DNA of 64,000 nucleotides from Escherichia coli (GTDB lineage Bacteria; Pseudomonadota; Gammaproteobacteria; Enterobacterales; Enterobacteriaceae): NCBI RefSeq assembly GCF_044324875.1, contig NZ_CP172185.1; one strand, 5' to 3'. Shown piece by piece: positions 11,033 to 20,707 of this stretch (position 1 is its first letter; each line of letters starts with the position of its first letter). The notes under the pieces were generated by a model. It saw only the letters and a program-made list of their open reading frames with translations, ran no database searches and was not told where the DNA came from. The position numbers and the translations under genes were made by a program.

Positions 11033-12997
11033 TTACCACTGATAACGGGTATAAAGACTGACAGTTCGGCCTGAAAGCGGCACACCTTTGCCATTCATGG
11101 CAAGCTTGTTGAAGGCATTATCCAGAGTTACTGACGCCTCAAAGCCTTTAACACTTACAGGCTTATAAGACAGTGAAAAGGAATGTATGGCATAGCCAGC
11201 CTGATAGGAGTCGCCTTTTTTCACATGCGTGGCTGATGCTGAAAGTTCAGCACGCCATCCGGCATAAACGCCTCTATGACCAACAGGTATGCTGATGTCA
11301 CTGATAAGTGTGTCAGGATTGCCGGAGCCCAGCCATTCCCTGCTGCTGGCATCCATACTTTCCGTCCGGTTATAAGAAAGCACCCAGTCAACATAATCAG
11401 ACTGGTAATTTCCCTGCATATCCCATCCCCAGATACGGGCCCGGGATACATTATAAGAATAAGAACGCATCCGTTTCATATCCACGCGTGTGGCAATATA
11501 GTTTCTGGCATCCGTTCCGAAATATCCGCCTTTTAACTGCAGCCGGTCATTGTCTGTAAGCAGGCCATCCAGTTGAATACCTGCGCCAATCTCACGGGTG
11601 ATGTTATTTTCTGGTTTCAGATTAAGGTTAGGAACCCAGTAATTGGGTTTACCCTTGCGGTAAAAATGTACATCATCCCTGTACATTTCTGCCATTGTGG
11701 GCGCTCGGAATGCAGAGGATATGGAGCCGTACATCATCAGCCAGTCTGTCGGTGAGACTGAAATCGCCGCCCTTGGGGACAGGCGTTCGGCTTTCAGTTC
11801 TCCGGCACGGGGATTGAAGCTCTTGTACCGGTCATAGCGGGAACCGACGATAATGTTAACAGGGTAGCTTTTCATTGTCATTTCATCCTGGAAATACAAC
11901 GATGTAAAGTCAATATTTCCTTCCGGATATAGTGTGGCAGAGCCTTCTGGCTTCTGCTGCTGACGGTAATATTCAGCGCCATAACTTAACTGATGGGCTC
12001 CCGGAAAAATCAGAGTATGACTCCTGTTGACAACATTAACACCGGAGGTTCTGTTGTTTCTCCATTCTGCCGTTTTGTTGTGACCGTTTGTCTTGATAGT
12101 GATATCACTGAGATATAACGTTGACTGTACATTGATGAGGCTGTTATCCACAGGAGCGTACTGGTACCAGAACTGTACGTCATTTTGTACTGTTTTTCTG
12201 TCACGCAGGCCGCTGTCACCATGTGTCTGAGTGGGATTGCCCGGTTCAGTGGTGTTATTCCGGTAGAGACGCAAGCTGGCACCTGCTTTGTTACTGTCTG
12301 TTATACCGACAGAGCCTTTCGCAAACAGGGCTGCAGGTTTTTCCTTGTTAGGTGCGCGCTCACCATCACTTTGATAGATATTACCTCTTTTACGCATAAT
12401 GACAGAAAGGAGCGCATCTGTTTTTCCGGTTTTACCGAACCAGGTGAGCCCCGAGCCTGTGCTGTGGTCACCACTGGCAATATTTCCCCACAGACTTAAA
12501 CCGTTTGTCTCTCCGGGGGGAAGGAAATCTGCTGCATCGGCAGTTCTGAAGTCCACTACACCTCCCAGCCCGCCACTGCCGTACAGACTGGAGTTTGGCC
12601 CGCGGACAACTTCGATACGTTTGACAAGAGCCGGATCCAGATAAGTGCCACTGCTTTTTGCCATGTCACTAAGTTGGCGGACGCCGTCAACAAGAACAAG
12701 TACCCCGCTTTTGTCATAGCCGCGTAGATTAAAGGTCTGCCCATTGGTCCGTCCTGCACCAGTCTGGCTGAGACCGGCAACACCTTTCAGCATGCCGGCC
12801 GATGTAACCGCATTCTGACTCCACGGTGTGTCATTCGTGACGACACTGACCATCGACGGCGTTTCAAATACCGTGTTCTGATTTCCTGTCGCGACAATGG
12901 TGATTGTATCTTTAGCCATAGAAGAATGACTGGTCGCTGCCTGTAGTCCCACCGGGACTATAATTAATGTACAAATGACAGTTCTGATTACATTCAT
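11033..12997 (-). CDS. TonB-dependent outer-membrane heme/hemoglobin receptor (ChuA/ShuA/HemR family)
   Basis: ~655 aa; FRAP box (SAFRAPTMAEMY) and NPNL-like box (YWVPNLNLKPE); C-terminal ...YTRYQW; resembles ChuA. Start is ATG 12997 or 13003 because of a 10-bp tandem duplication. Confidence 0.85.
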   Translation of the reverse strand: MNVIRTVICTLIIVPVGLQAATSHSSMAKDTITIVATGNQNTVFETPSMVSVVTNDTPWSQNAVTSAGMLKGVAGLSQTGAGRTNGQTFNLRGYDKSGVLVLVDGVRQLSDMAKSSGTYLDPALVKRIEVVRGPNSSLYGSGGLGGVVDFRTADAADFLPPGETNGLSLWGNIASGDHSTGSGLTWFGKTGKTDALLSVIMRKRGNIYQSDGERAPNKEKPAALFAKGSVGITDSNKAGASLRLYRNNTTEPGNPTQTHGDSGLRDRKTVQNDVQFWYQYAPVDNSLINVQSTLYLSDITIKTNGHNKTAEWRNNRTSGVNVVNRSHTLIFPGAHQLSYGAEYYRQQQKPEGSATLYPEGNIDFTSLYFQDEMTMKSYPVNIIVGSRYDRYKSFNPRAGELKAERLSPRAAISVSPTDWLMMYGSISSAFRAPTMAEMYRDDVHFYRKGKPNYWVPNLNLKPENNITREIGAGIQLDGLLTDNDRLQLKGGYFGTDARNYIATRVDMKRMRSYSYNVSRARIWGWDMQGNYQSDYVDWVLSYNRTESMDASSREWLGSGNPDTLISDISIPVGHRGVYAGWRAELSASATHVKKGDSYQAGYAIHSFSLSYKPVSVKGFEASVTLDNAFNKLAMNGKGVPLSGRTVSLYTRYQW

Positions 12998-13035
12998 ATA
13001 CATTCATATACATCCGAAAACATATGTCGGTATTA

Positions 13036-13058
13036 AAATGTTATAACATAACATTTTA
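13036..13058. promoter_or_regulatory. Perfect 9-3-9 palindrome AAATGTTAT-AAC-ATAACATTT upstream of the heme receptor; candidate Fur-type operator
   Basis: Palindrome seen directly in sequence 35-55 bp upstream of the receptor start; Fur assignment is inference from AT-rich hexamer character and iron-uptake context. Confidence 0.3.
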
Positions 13059-13272
13059 TTTATGCAACTCTGATTATGTAGCGTTCAGTGATGAACTGTT
13101 AATAATATTCTGTCGATCCGCTAAGTGTCAGTGTATGCGGTAAGCCTGCCCTTGAGTCACTGTTTGGCAACTGCTACATCTAAGGTGACGTTATCCGCTG
13201 ACATCGATATTCCCGTGGTGAGAGATAACCTAACGCACTATGCGGGTGGTTCTCATTGTAATTCTCGAACGC

Positions 13273-13788
13273 CTATGCAAGGTTATGCAATGCCGTTATT
13301 ACATTCGGTTTCTGTATGAACGCAATGTAGTCTTCCTTCATCGTTTTCACTAACCTTTCTGCCATTCCATTACTCTGAGAGCTGCTGATTGCCGTTGTGC
13401 AGGGCTCCAGATCCAACTCTCTGGCGAACTGCCGTGTTTCATGCGCTCTATACGCTGAACCGTTATCTGTCAACCACCGGATGGACTGTTCCGGTACTTT
13501 ATCGCCAAAGAGTTTTTCTATCGCTCCTAACATCACATCCTGCACTGTCGCTTTATTGTAACCTCCCGTATTGGATGCCCAGTCGATAGCTTCACGATCG
13601 CAACAGTCCAGAGCGAACGTAACCCGGACTTTTTCGCCATCATCGCAACCGAACTCAAAGCCATCAGAACATCAACGCTGGTCGCTTTCCTTACCGATAT
13701 TCGGCCTTTATGTTCCCGCTGCGGTCGTGATGGTTTGTCATGTAACAACAGGATATTTTCGCTCATTATCCGGTAAACGGTAAGCGTC
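13273..13788 (-). pseudogene. IS3-family (IS2-group) transposase OrfB remnant, frameshifted and truncated by the IS66 insertion
   Basis: YRIMSENILLLHDKPSRPQREHKGRISVRK... and ...[27 protein letters not shown] resemble IS2 InsD but lie in two frames. Confidence 0.6.
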
Positions 13789-13809
13789 AACGGAGCACCG
13801 TATTGACGC

Positions 13810-15423
13810 TTATTTATTGGTGAGTACTACGTTCCATGGCAGGAGTTCATCAACTCGGTTGGAAGGCCATTCCGGCAGTACGCTCAGGATATGGCGCAGA
13901 TACGCTTCCGGATCGATACCGTTCAGACGGCAGGTGCCGATCAGCCCGTACAACAGTGCTCCACGCTCGCCGCCGTGATCGCTGCCAAAGAACATAAAGT
14001 TTTTCTTTCCGAGACAGACTGCACGAAGCGCTCTTTCCGCAGCATTATTATCCGCCTCCGCCAGACCGTCATCACTGTAATAACAGAGGGCATCCCACTG
14101 ATTCAGTACATAGCTGAACGCTTCGCCCAGTCTGGATTTTTTCGACAGCGTACCATTCTTCTCCACCATCCATTCATGCAGCGACGTCAGTAACACTTTG
14201 CTTCGCTGCTGCCTGACGGCAAGACGCTCTGACTCCGCTAATCCCCGTATTTCATCCTCGATGGCGTACAGTTCACTGATTCGCTTCAGGGCTTCTTCTG
14301 CCGTCGCACTTTTGCTGCTGATGTATACATCGTGGATTTTTCGCCGGGCATGGGCCCAGCACGCAACTTCTGTCAGTGCACCACCTTCACGTTCTGCACT
14401 GAACAACCTGTCGTAACCTGTGAACGCATCCGCCTGCAGGATACCCCGGAAGGGGCGGAGGTGTTGCTCCGGGTGTTTCCCCTGCCGGTTCGGCGAGTAC
14501 GCGAACCAGACCGCTGGAGGAGATGACGAACCCACATTGCGATCATCCCGGACATACGTCCAGATACGCCCTGTTTTCGCCTTTTTCTGACCCGGTGCCA
14601 GTACCTTTACCGGTGTGTCATCAGTGTGAACCTTGCGGGTGTTCATTACATAACGGTACAGGGCATCATTCACCGGTGTCATTAACTGGCAGCACGCGTC
14701 AACCCAGTTGGAGAGTAAGGCCCGGCTCAGTTCGACACCCTGGCGGGCAAAGATTTCACTCTGACGATACAGTGGCAGATGTTCGCAGTATTTTCCCGTT
14801 AACACGCGGGCAAGTAATCCGGGGCCCGCGATACCACGCTCTATCGGGCGGGACGACGCCGGTGCTTCAACAATACAGTCACATTTTGTACAGGCTTTTT
14901 TTACCCGTTCTGTGCGGATCACTTTCAGGGCACTGCTCACCAGTTCCAGCTGTTCAGCGCTGACTTCCCCCAGATAATCCAGCTCACCGCCACACTCCGG
15001 GCAACAGCTTTCTTCTGGCTCCAGGCGGTGTATTTCACGGGGAAGGTGTGCCGGTAACGGACGACGATGGCGCGACTGTCGCAACTGGCGGGGAACCTGA
15101 GGATCGTCTTCCCGCCCACTGTAACGATCGCTGTCCTGTTCACGTTGTTTCAGCAGAGCCTCAGCCAGTTCAACTTCACGACGCAGTTTTTCAGAACGGG
15201 GACCGAACAGCATCCGGAGCAGTTTTTCTATCTGAGCCCGCAGATGTTCTATTTCCCGTTCATCTTCTTCGATCTTTTCTTCGGCACGTGTCAGTGCAGA
15301 GCGCAGGAAGGCTTCCCTCTCTTCAACCAGACTCAGTTGCTGGTCTTTCTGACGGAGGGCTTCAGCCTGCTCAGAGAGCAATCTTTCCAGCTCTGCGATG
15401 CGAATGAGGTATTTCTGACTCAT
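13810..15423 (-). CDS. IS66-family transposase (TnpC/orf3)
   Basis: 537 aa with N-terminal coiled coil, CPECGGELDY zinc-finger region and DDE-type core; IS66 transposase architecture. Confidence 0.9.
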   Translation of the reverse strand: MSQKYLIRIAELERLLSEQAEALRQKDQQLSLVEEREAFLRSALTRAEEKIEEDEREIEHLRAQIEKLLRMLFGPRSEKLRREVELAEALLKQREQDSDRYSGREDDPQVPRQLRQSRHRRPLPAHLPREIHRLEPEESCCPECGGELDYLGEVSAEQLELVSSALKVIRTERVKKACTKCDCIVEAPASSRPIERGIAGPGLLARVLTGKYCEHLPLYRQSEIFARQGVELSRALLSNWVDACCQLMTPVNDALYRYVMNTRKVHTDDTPVKVLAPGQKKAKTGRIWTYVRDDRNVGSSSPPAVWFAYSPNRQGKHPEQHLRPFRGILQADAFTGYDRLFSAEREGGALTEVACWAHARRKIHDVYISSKSATAEEALKRISELYAIEDEIRGLAESERLAVRQQRSKVLLTSLHEWMVEKNGTLSKKSRLGEAFSYVLNQWDALCYYSDDGLAEADNNAAERALRAVCLGKKNFMFFGSDHGGERGALLYGLIGTCRLNGIDPEAYLRHILSVLPEWPSNRVDELLPWNVVLTNK

Positions 15424-15453
15424 GACCGTTTTTATAATGCGGTCAGGAGTTTT

Positions 15454-15804
15454 TTACAACATTGTCAGTGAGTTACGGCTGGATGTTTTTGGCTGACGCC
15501 AGTCCAGCTTATCGAGGAGCATTGCCAGTTGCGAGCGGGTAATGGATACCTTGCCGTCACGTACCGCAGGCCAGATAAACTGGCCTTCCTCCAGGCGTTT
15601 GGTGAACAGGCACAGACCATCAGCATCAGCCCAAAGAATTTTGACGGTGTCACCCCGTCGGCCACGGAAGATAAACAGGTGACCGGAGAAGGGATTATCA
15701 TTCAGCACATGTTGTACCTGTTCTCCCAGTCCGTTGAAGGATTTACGCATATCGGTAACGCCGGCAACGAGCCAGATACGGGTACCTGATGGGAGTGAGA
15801 TCAT
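15454..15804 (-). CDS. IS66-family accessory protein TnpB (orf2)
   Basis: 116 aa, MISLPSGTRIWLVAGVTDMRKSFNGL..., characteristic IS66 orf2. Confidence 0.85.
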   Translation of the reverse strand: MISLPSGTRIWLVAGVTDMRKSFNGLGEQVQHVLNDNPFSGHLFIFRGRRGDTVKILWADADGLCLFTKRLEEGQFIWPAVRDGKVSITRSQLAMLLDKLDWRQPKTSSRNSLTML

Positions 15805-16226
15805 CTTCCCCTCCCGGTCAGTTCACGGATCAACACCGTGAGCAGCTCTGGCGATGGATTTTCCAGCGTCATGTTACCGTGACGGAATTCCACCTTGCAG
15901 GAACTGGCACTGACTCTGGTCTGAGTGGAAGTGGATAAAGACGGCGCAATGGCCGCCACAGGTTCTTTCTGCTCATCCGGCGTTATTTCTACAGGTAATA
16001 ATTCAACGCCAGTGTCAGAAGAGGTCGTTACCGGAAGACGCCGCGAAACACGCCCTTCGTTCTGCCAGAGCCTGAGCCATTTGAAAATAACATTATCATT
16101 GACGCCATTTTCACGTGCAATCTGTGCAACACAAGCTCCAGGTTGTGATGCCAGTTCCACCATACGAAGTTTGAATTCATTCGAATAGTTTTTACGAGGT
16201 TCTTTTCGCCAGTCCTGTAATTCCAT
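15801..16226 (-). CDS. IS66-family accessory protein TnpA (orf1)
   Basis: 141 aa, overlaps orf2 start by 4 bp (translational coupling); helix-turn-helix-like N-terminus. Confidence 0.8.
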   Translation of the reverse strand: MELQDWRKEPRKNYSNEFKLRMVELASQPGACVAQIARENGVNDNVIFKWLRLWQNEGRVSRRLPVTTSSDTGVELLPVEITPDEQKEPVAAIAPSLSTSTQTRVSASSCKVEFRHGNMTLENPSPELLTVLIRELTGRGR

Positions 16227-16319
16227 ACTTAGATGTCCGTCTATATCAGATGGGCGTCTAAGTTACCAATTCTCGTCTGATGGCTACATACGGCGGTCAG
16301 TTTACGCTTACGGTAAACG

Positions 16320-16760
16320 CGCTTTGCATTCACTAACGGTAGTCCTTCATTTAGGGACTGCCGCCTGAGTATCGCCCAGAACACGGCTTACCGGGGCTAT
16401 TCCTTGTCCGAAGGTAACAAGGGCACATGCGCTATCCATTTTCGCGATTGCGCATACTCCACCACTTCTTTGAGGATCTAAACTTCCATGGTTTTTTACC
16501 CAGCAAGAGCTGTAACTCTTTTATTTGTTTTATAGCGGCAGGCAGTTCTGAGGCAGGAACGACACCCTCTCCTGAAGCAACAGCAGTGAGACTTCCTTCC
16601 AGAGATTGTTTTTCCACTTAAACAACAGGCAGGGCTGAATACAACGCAAACGCGCCACATGTGACACCGCCATGCCAGGCTCCATTGTCTGCTGAATAAT
16701 GCCAATTTTTTCCTGAGGAGTTTTACGTTTACGAAGCTACAGCCCCGGCAAAGTTCCAGT
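16320..16760 (-). pseudogene. IS3-family (IS2-group) OrfA and OrfB N-terminus remnant, with stop codons and frameshifts
   Basis: Reverse strand encodes MDSACALV... (InsD-like N-terminus), [31 protein letters not shown] (InsC-like) and RKRKTPQEKIGIIQQTMEPGM with an in-frame TAG. Confidence 0.5.
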
Positions 16761-17439
16761 CATCTCAAAATTAGAACCAGTGTCAGACATATATCCAAGC
16801 CTGTCTCTTATTTTAAGATACATCCACTATCTGGCGTTTCAAGGGGCTGGTCCAGCTACAAATATTATTGAAAGAAATTTTTATGAAAACGAAGCTTTTT
16901 ACGATTTCTATCGGCATTGATGTAATATAGAAGAGTTATATAAATTATTCAAATCAAATTTTCTATTGAATATTTTCATTCACAGAGTGAGAAAGATGTA
17001 AAATAAAAATACAGGCTCATATATTATTACTTAACCTTACATGGATATCCTGAAATGACATTAATTATTAAGATAATAACGTTTTCATCGGTAGTAGTAG
17101 AAATAAACAAAATTTTAATTTCAAAAACTGCTTGTTTCTCGTAGTGAGGTACTTGTCTTTACTGATTCGGGTAACAGGAAAACATTTAAAATCATTCTGT
17201 TGCGCTCTTTCTGAGAGGCTGATTGCAAAATGGCATCTGAATCGATCGCAGTTGTATGACTCAGCGAGTAAGGCCAGGGAGGTGTTACCCACGAAAATAT
17301 GTACGGCCCAGAACGCGCTGGAACTCTTTTGATGCTCCAGCAAGAACTTAACCGAATGCCATTGGTACGCTGCCCCACAGAAAATTCCGTCACTAATGGC
17401 GGTAGCCGACAGATTCACATGGCGTTACCGCAGTAAACC

Positions 17440-17783
17440 AAGATGGATCTTGATTGCGTCCTCAACAGACAACATATCTGCTTTGGACAACGAGCCAATA
17501 TGTGTTTTGAGACAGGACTTATCCGCCGCCATAATCTGCTCTACAATCGCTTTGCTGCTCTGACACCTACGGTCACAACAGCCTCACTTGGATACACTCG
17601 CTCTGTGTTACTGGTCAGAGGAACGACGACTACTCGAGCGAGGTTCCTGTTTGCTGCGTCATTGCTCACGATCACTGCCGGACATGTCTTGCGGATTTCA
17701 CTGTCAACAGCAGGATCAAATTCAATCCACCACGTCTCACCTGTGCCGTCACTGCTCTGTCATCTTTCTAACACTTTACTGTC
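17440..17783 (-). pseudogene. PemK/MazF-family toxin gene, frameshifted, no cognate antitoxin seen
   Basis: Reverse strand encodes ...GETWWIEFDPAVDSEIRKTCPAVIVSNDAANRNLARVVVVPLTSN... then, in another frame, ...IGSLSKADMLSVEDAIKIHLGLLR*; no in-frame start codon ahead of the conserved N-terminus. Confidence 0.5.
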
Positions 17784-17896
17784 TAACACATGTAATAAAA
17801 AAGTTATTTTTCTGCAATTCGGGCATGATATTTAATCCCACGAGCATGAAACGTGTGAATTCGCTCATCAGGTACAACAAGCAAGAGAGATAAACG

Positions 17897-19213
17897 ATGA
17901 AACCGTTACATTATACAGCTTCAGCACTGGTGCTCGGACTGACGTTAATGGGGAATGCACAGGCAGTGACGACCATTCCGTTCTGGCACTCTATGGAAGG
18001 GGAACTGGGTAAAGAGGTGAATTCTCTGGTCCAACGTTTTAACGCCGAAAACCCGGATTACAAAATTATACCGACTTATAAAGGCAACTACGAAGAGAGT
18101 TTAAGTGCGGGGATCGCAGCATTTCGTACCGGTAACGCTCCGGCTATTTTGCAGGTTTATGAAGTTGGCACCGCCACCATGATGGCGTCGAAAGCCATTA
18201 AACCGGTGTATGACGTGTTTAAAGAGGCGGGGATTAACTTTGATGAGTCGCAGTTTGTGCCGACGGTTTCAGGCTACTACTCCGACAGCAAAACGGGACA
18301 CTTACTCTCCCAGCCGTTCAACAGCTCGACTCCTGTTCTCTATTACAACAAAGATGCTTTCAAGAAAGCAGGATTAGACCCGGAACAGCCGCCGAAAACC
18401 TGGCAGGATCTGGCGGACTATGCCGCGAAACTGAAAGCCTCCGGTATGAAGTGCGGCTACGCCAGCGGCTGGCAGGGCTGGATCCAACTGGAAAACTTTA
18501 GCGCCTGGAACGGTCTGCCGTTTGCCAGCAAAAACAACGGCTTTGACGGCACAGATGCGGTGCTGGAGTTCAACAAGCCGGAGCAGGTGAAACACATCGC
18601 CATGCTCGAAGAGATGAACAAGAAAGGCGATTTCAGCTACGTCGGGCGTAAGGATGAATCCACCGAGAAGTTCTATAACGGTGATTGCGCAATGACGACT
18701 GCCTCTTCTGGTTCTCTTGCCAGCATTCGCGAGTACGCCAAATTCAACTACGGCGTAGGCATGATGCCTTACGACGCTGACGCGAAAGATGCACCACAAA
18801 ACGCCATTATCGGCGGAGCCAGCCTGTGGGTGATGCAGGGCAAAGATAAAGAAACGTATACCGGCGTGGCGAAGTTCCTCGACTTCCTCGCGAAGCCAGA
18901 AAATGCTGCCGAGTGGCATCAGAAAACCGGTTATCTGCCAATCACCAAAGCGGCGTATGACCTGACCCGTGAGCAGGGCTTTTATGAGAAAAACCCAGGG
19001 GCGGATATCGCGACACGTCAGATGCTGAACAAACCGTCGTTACCGTTCACCAAAGGACTACGTCTGGGCAACATGCCGCAGATCAGAGCGATTGTGGATG
19101 AAGAGCTTGAGAGCGTGTGGACCGGTAAGAAGACGCCACAGCAGGCGCTGGATACCGCCGTTGAGCGTGGGAATCAGTTACTACGCCGCTTTGAGAAATC
19201 GACGAAGTCTTAA
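17897..19213 (+). CDS. ugpB: sn-glycerol-3-phosphate ABC transporter substrate-binding protein
   Basis: 438 aa, [41 protein letters not shown]..., full-length UgpB; ugpA/E/C are not downstream. Confidence 0.9.
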   Translation: MKPLHYTASALVLGLTLMGNAQAVTTIPFWHSMEGELGKEVNSLVQRFNAENPDYKIIPTYKGNYEESLSAGIAAFRTGNAPAILQVYEVGTATMMASKAIKPVYDVFKEAGINFDESQFVPTVSGYYSDSKTGHLLSQPFNSSTPVLYYNKDAFKKAGLDPEQPPKTWQDLADYAAKLKASGMKCGYASGWQGWIQLENFSAWNGLPFASKNNGFDGTDAVLEFNKPEQVKHIAMLEEMNKKGDFSYVGRKDESTEKFYNGDCAMTTASSGSLASIREYAKFNYGVGMMPYDADAKDAPQNAIIGGASLWVMQGKDKETYTGVAKFLDFLAKPENAAEWHQKTGYLPITKAAYDLTREQGFYEKNPGADIATRQMLNKPSLPFTKGLRLGNMPQIRAIVDEELESVWTGKKTPQQALDTAVERGNQLLRRFEKSTKS

Positions 19214-19347
19214 CCAGTGTAATGTCGGATACGTTTCGCCTATCTGAGCTAACATCGCGTGTAGGCCGATGTGATTGACATCTTCCTCCTTACGGCATCA
19301 ACGTTCCAGACTGAGATGTACCCAGTTCCCTGGTGGAGAAGTCAGTC

Positions 19348-20337
19348 ATGAATATTAATCGTATTGGTTTCGATCTTGCCGAAAAATGTTTTTCAAATCC
19401 ACGGCGTTGATCACAATGAATAGTGGTACGGAGAAAAACGCTGAGCCCTCCCCACATGATGACGTTTTTCTCCGGGCTTTCTCCCTGCCTCATCAGCATC
19501 GAAGTCTGTGGCTCTTCCCATTCTGGGCACGGGAACTCATTCCGTATGGGGCCTACCGTGCGCATTATTCCGTAGAAACTTGTCAAATCTTATCTCAAAG
19601 GTAACAAAAACGACGCTAATAATGCAGCTGCCATCTGTGAGGCCGTCAGCAGGCCCGGCATGCGATTTGTTGTTTTCATATCGGAATCCCAGCAGACGTT
19701 ACAGGAAGAATACCGGGTCCGGGCCAGAATCATCCGCGAGCGAACGGCGTTGCGTAATGAAATCCGGGGGCTGTTGAGTGAATTTGGTCTGCTGCTGCCT
19801 GTGGGGATAAGGCACGTGCGTAAAATCCAGCAGGGAATACTGCCCAGGGGCAGTGGAATGACCCTTCATCCGTTTGTTGTGCGAACTGTCAGAGTAAAAT
19901 GAACTCATATCGTCTCATGACCACCGTCTTCATGAGGCTGCAAGGGATGATATCCGTATTAAACAGCTGATGGAGCTAAAAGGAGTTGGTCCCACAACAG
20001 CCTGTGCGCTGGTTGCCTGTATCGGTAATGCACATGATTTTAAAAAGGGACGGCAACTGGCAGCCTGGCTGGGCTGACGCTATCACAATACCGCAGCGGC
20101 TGAATGTCGAAGCTGGGCAGGATAACAAAAGCCGGTGATTCGTATCTGCGAATGCTTCTGGTTCAGGGGGCTCGTTCAGTACTGATTGGTGCTGAGAAAA
20201 GGACTGACTCATTCAGTCGTTGGGTCTGTTCACTGGTTGAACGCAGAGAATACTGACGCGCTGTTGTGGCCATCGCCGCCAGAAAGGTAAGGCTGTGCTG
20301 GGCATCATGTCATTACGGTGATGATTTCAGGCTGTAT
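19348..20337 (+). pseudogene. IS110-family transposase, internally deleted and frameshifted
   Basis: N-terminus MNINRIGFDLAEKCF... and C-terminal ...ELKGVGPTTACALVACIGNAHDFKKGRQLAAWLG...KAGDSYLRMLLVQGARSVLIG... are IS110-like but split across frames with stops. Confidence 0.6.
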
Positions 20338-20707
20338 TCAGCCAGCTAAAGCACGCAGCAACCGTATGACTATCTGATCTGCAACTCGTTGATGATAAAG
20401 TGTTAGACCCCGTGAGGTATATCTGATTATTGTACAGGATATACGTATCCGCTTAACGAACAAGAGCCTCACTCGCGTCTTTCATCTGGGCCGAATAGAT
20501 GAGATTCATCATGGTTGTTTATAGTACCGTCGTCTCTCCCCTTTATTTTTACAGAAAAGCAAACAGAAACCATAAATACCGGCGTTGACATGGCGGGGAA
20601 GCCGGCAACGGCTATCCCTACCGTAATCATAATATTTCTGTCATTTCTGCTCCCTACAATGACGTTAGTTTTACTTCTGGGCGATAACAACGAAAGGAGA
20701 GTATGAC

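Larger units (their letters stand above)
13789..16311 (-). mobile_element. IS66-family insertion sequence (2523 bp) with 8-bp target-site duplication GGTAAACG, nested inside the IS3-family remnant
   Basis: Termini GTAAGCG... / ...CGCTTAC; GGTAAACG at 13781-13788 and 16312-16319; three co-oriented ORFs typical of IS66. Confidence 0.85.

Noticed and set aside
16770-16800. CTGTCTCTTAT motif resembling an IS50/Tn5-type terminal end
   Set aside because: Only an 11-bp match with no transposase or partner end nearby; probably chance.
17757-17789. Pho-box-like direct repeats (CTGTCAT ... CTGTCTA) upstream of ugpB
   Set aside because: Plausible PhoB site, but the second half-site fits the consensus poorly and it overlaps the start of the MazF-like pseudogene; mentioned in a finding rather than listed as a feature.
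18374-18919. 181-aa minus-strand ORF
   Set aside because: Antisense within ugpB.
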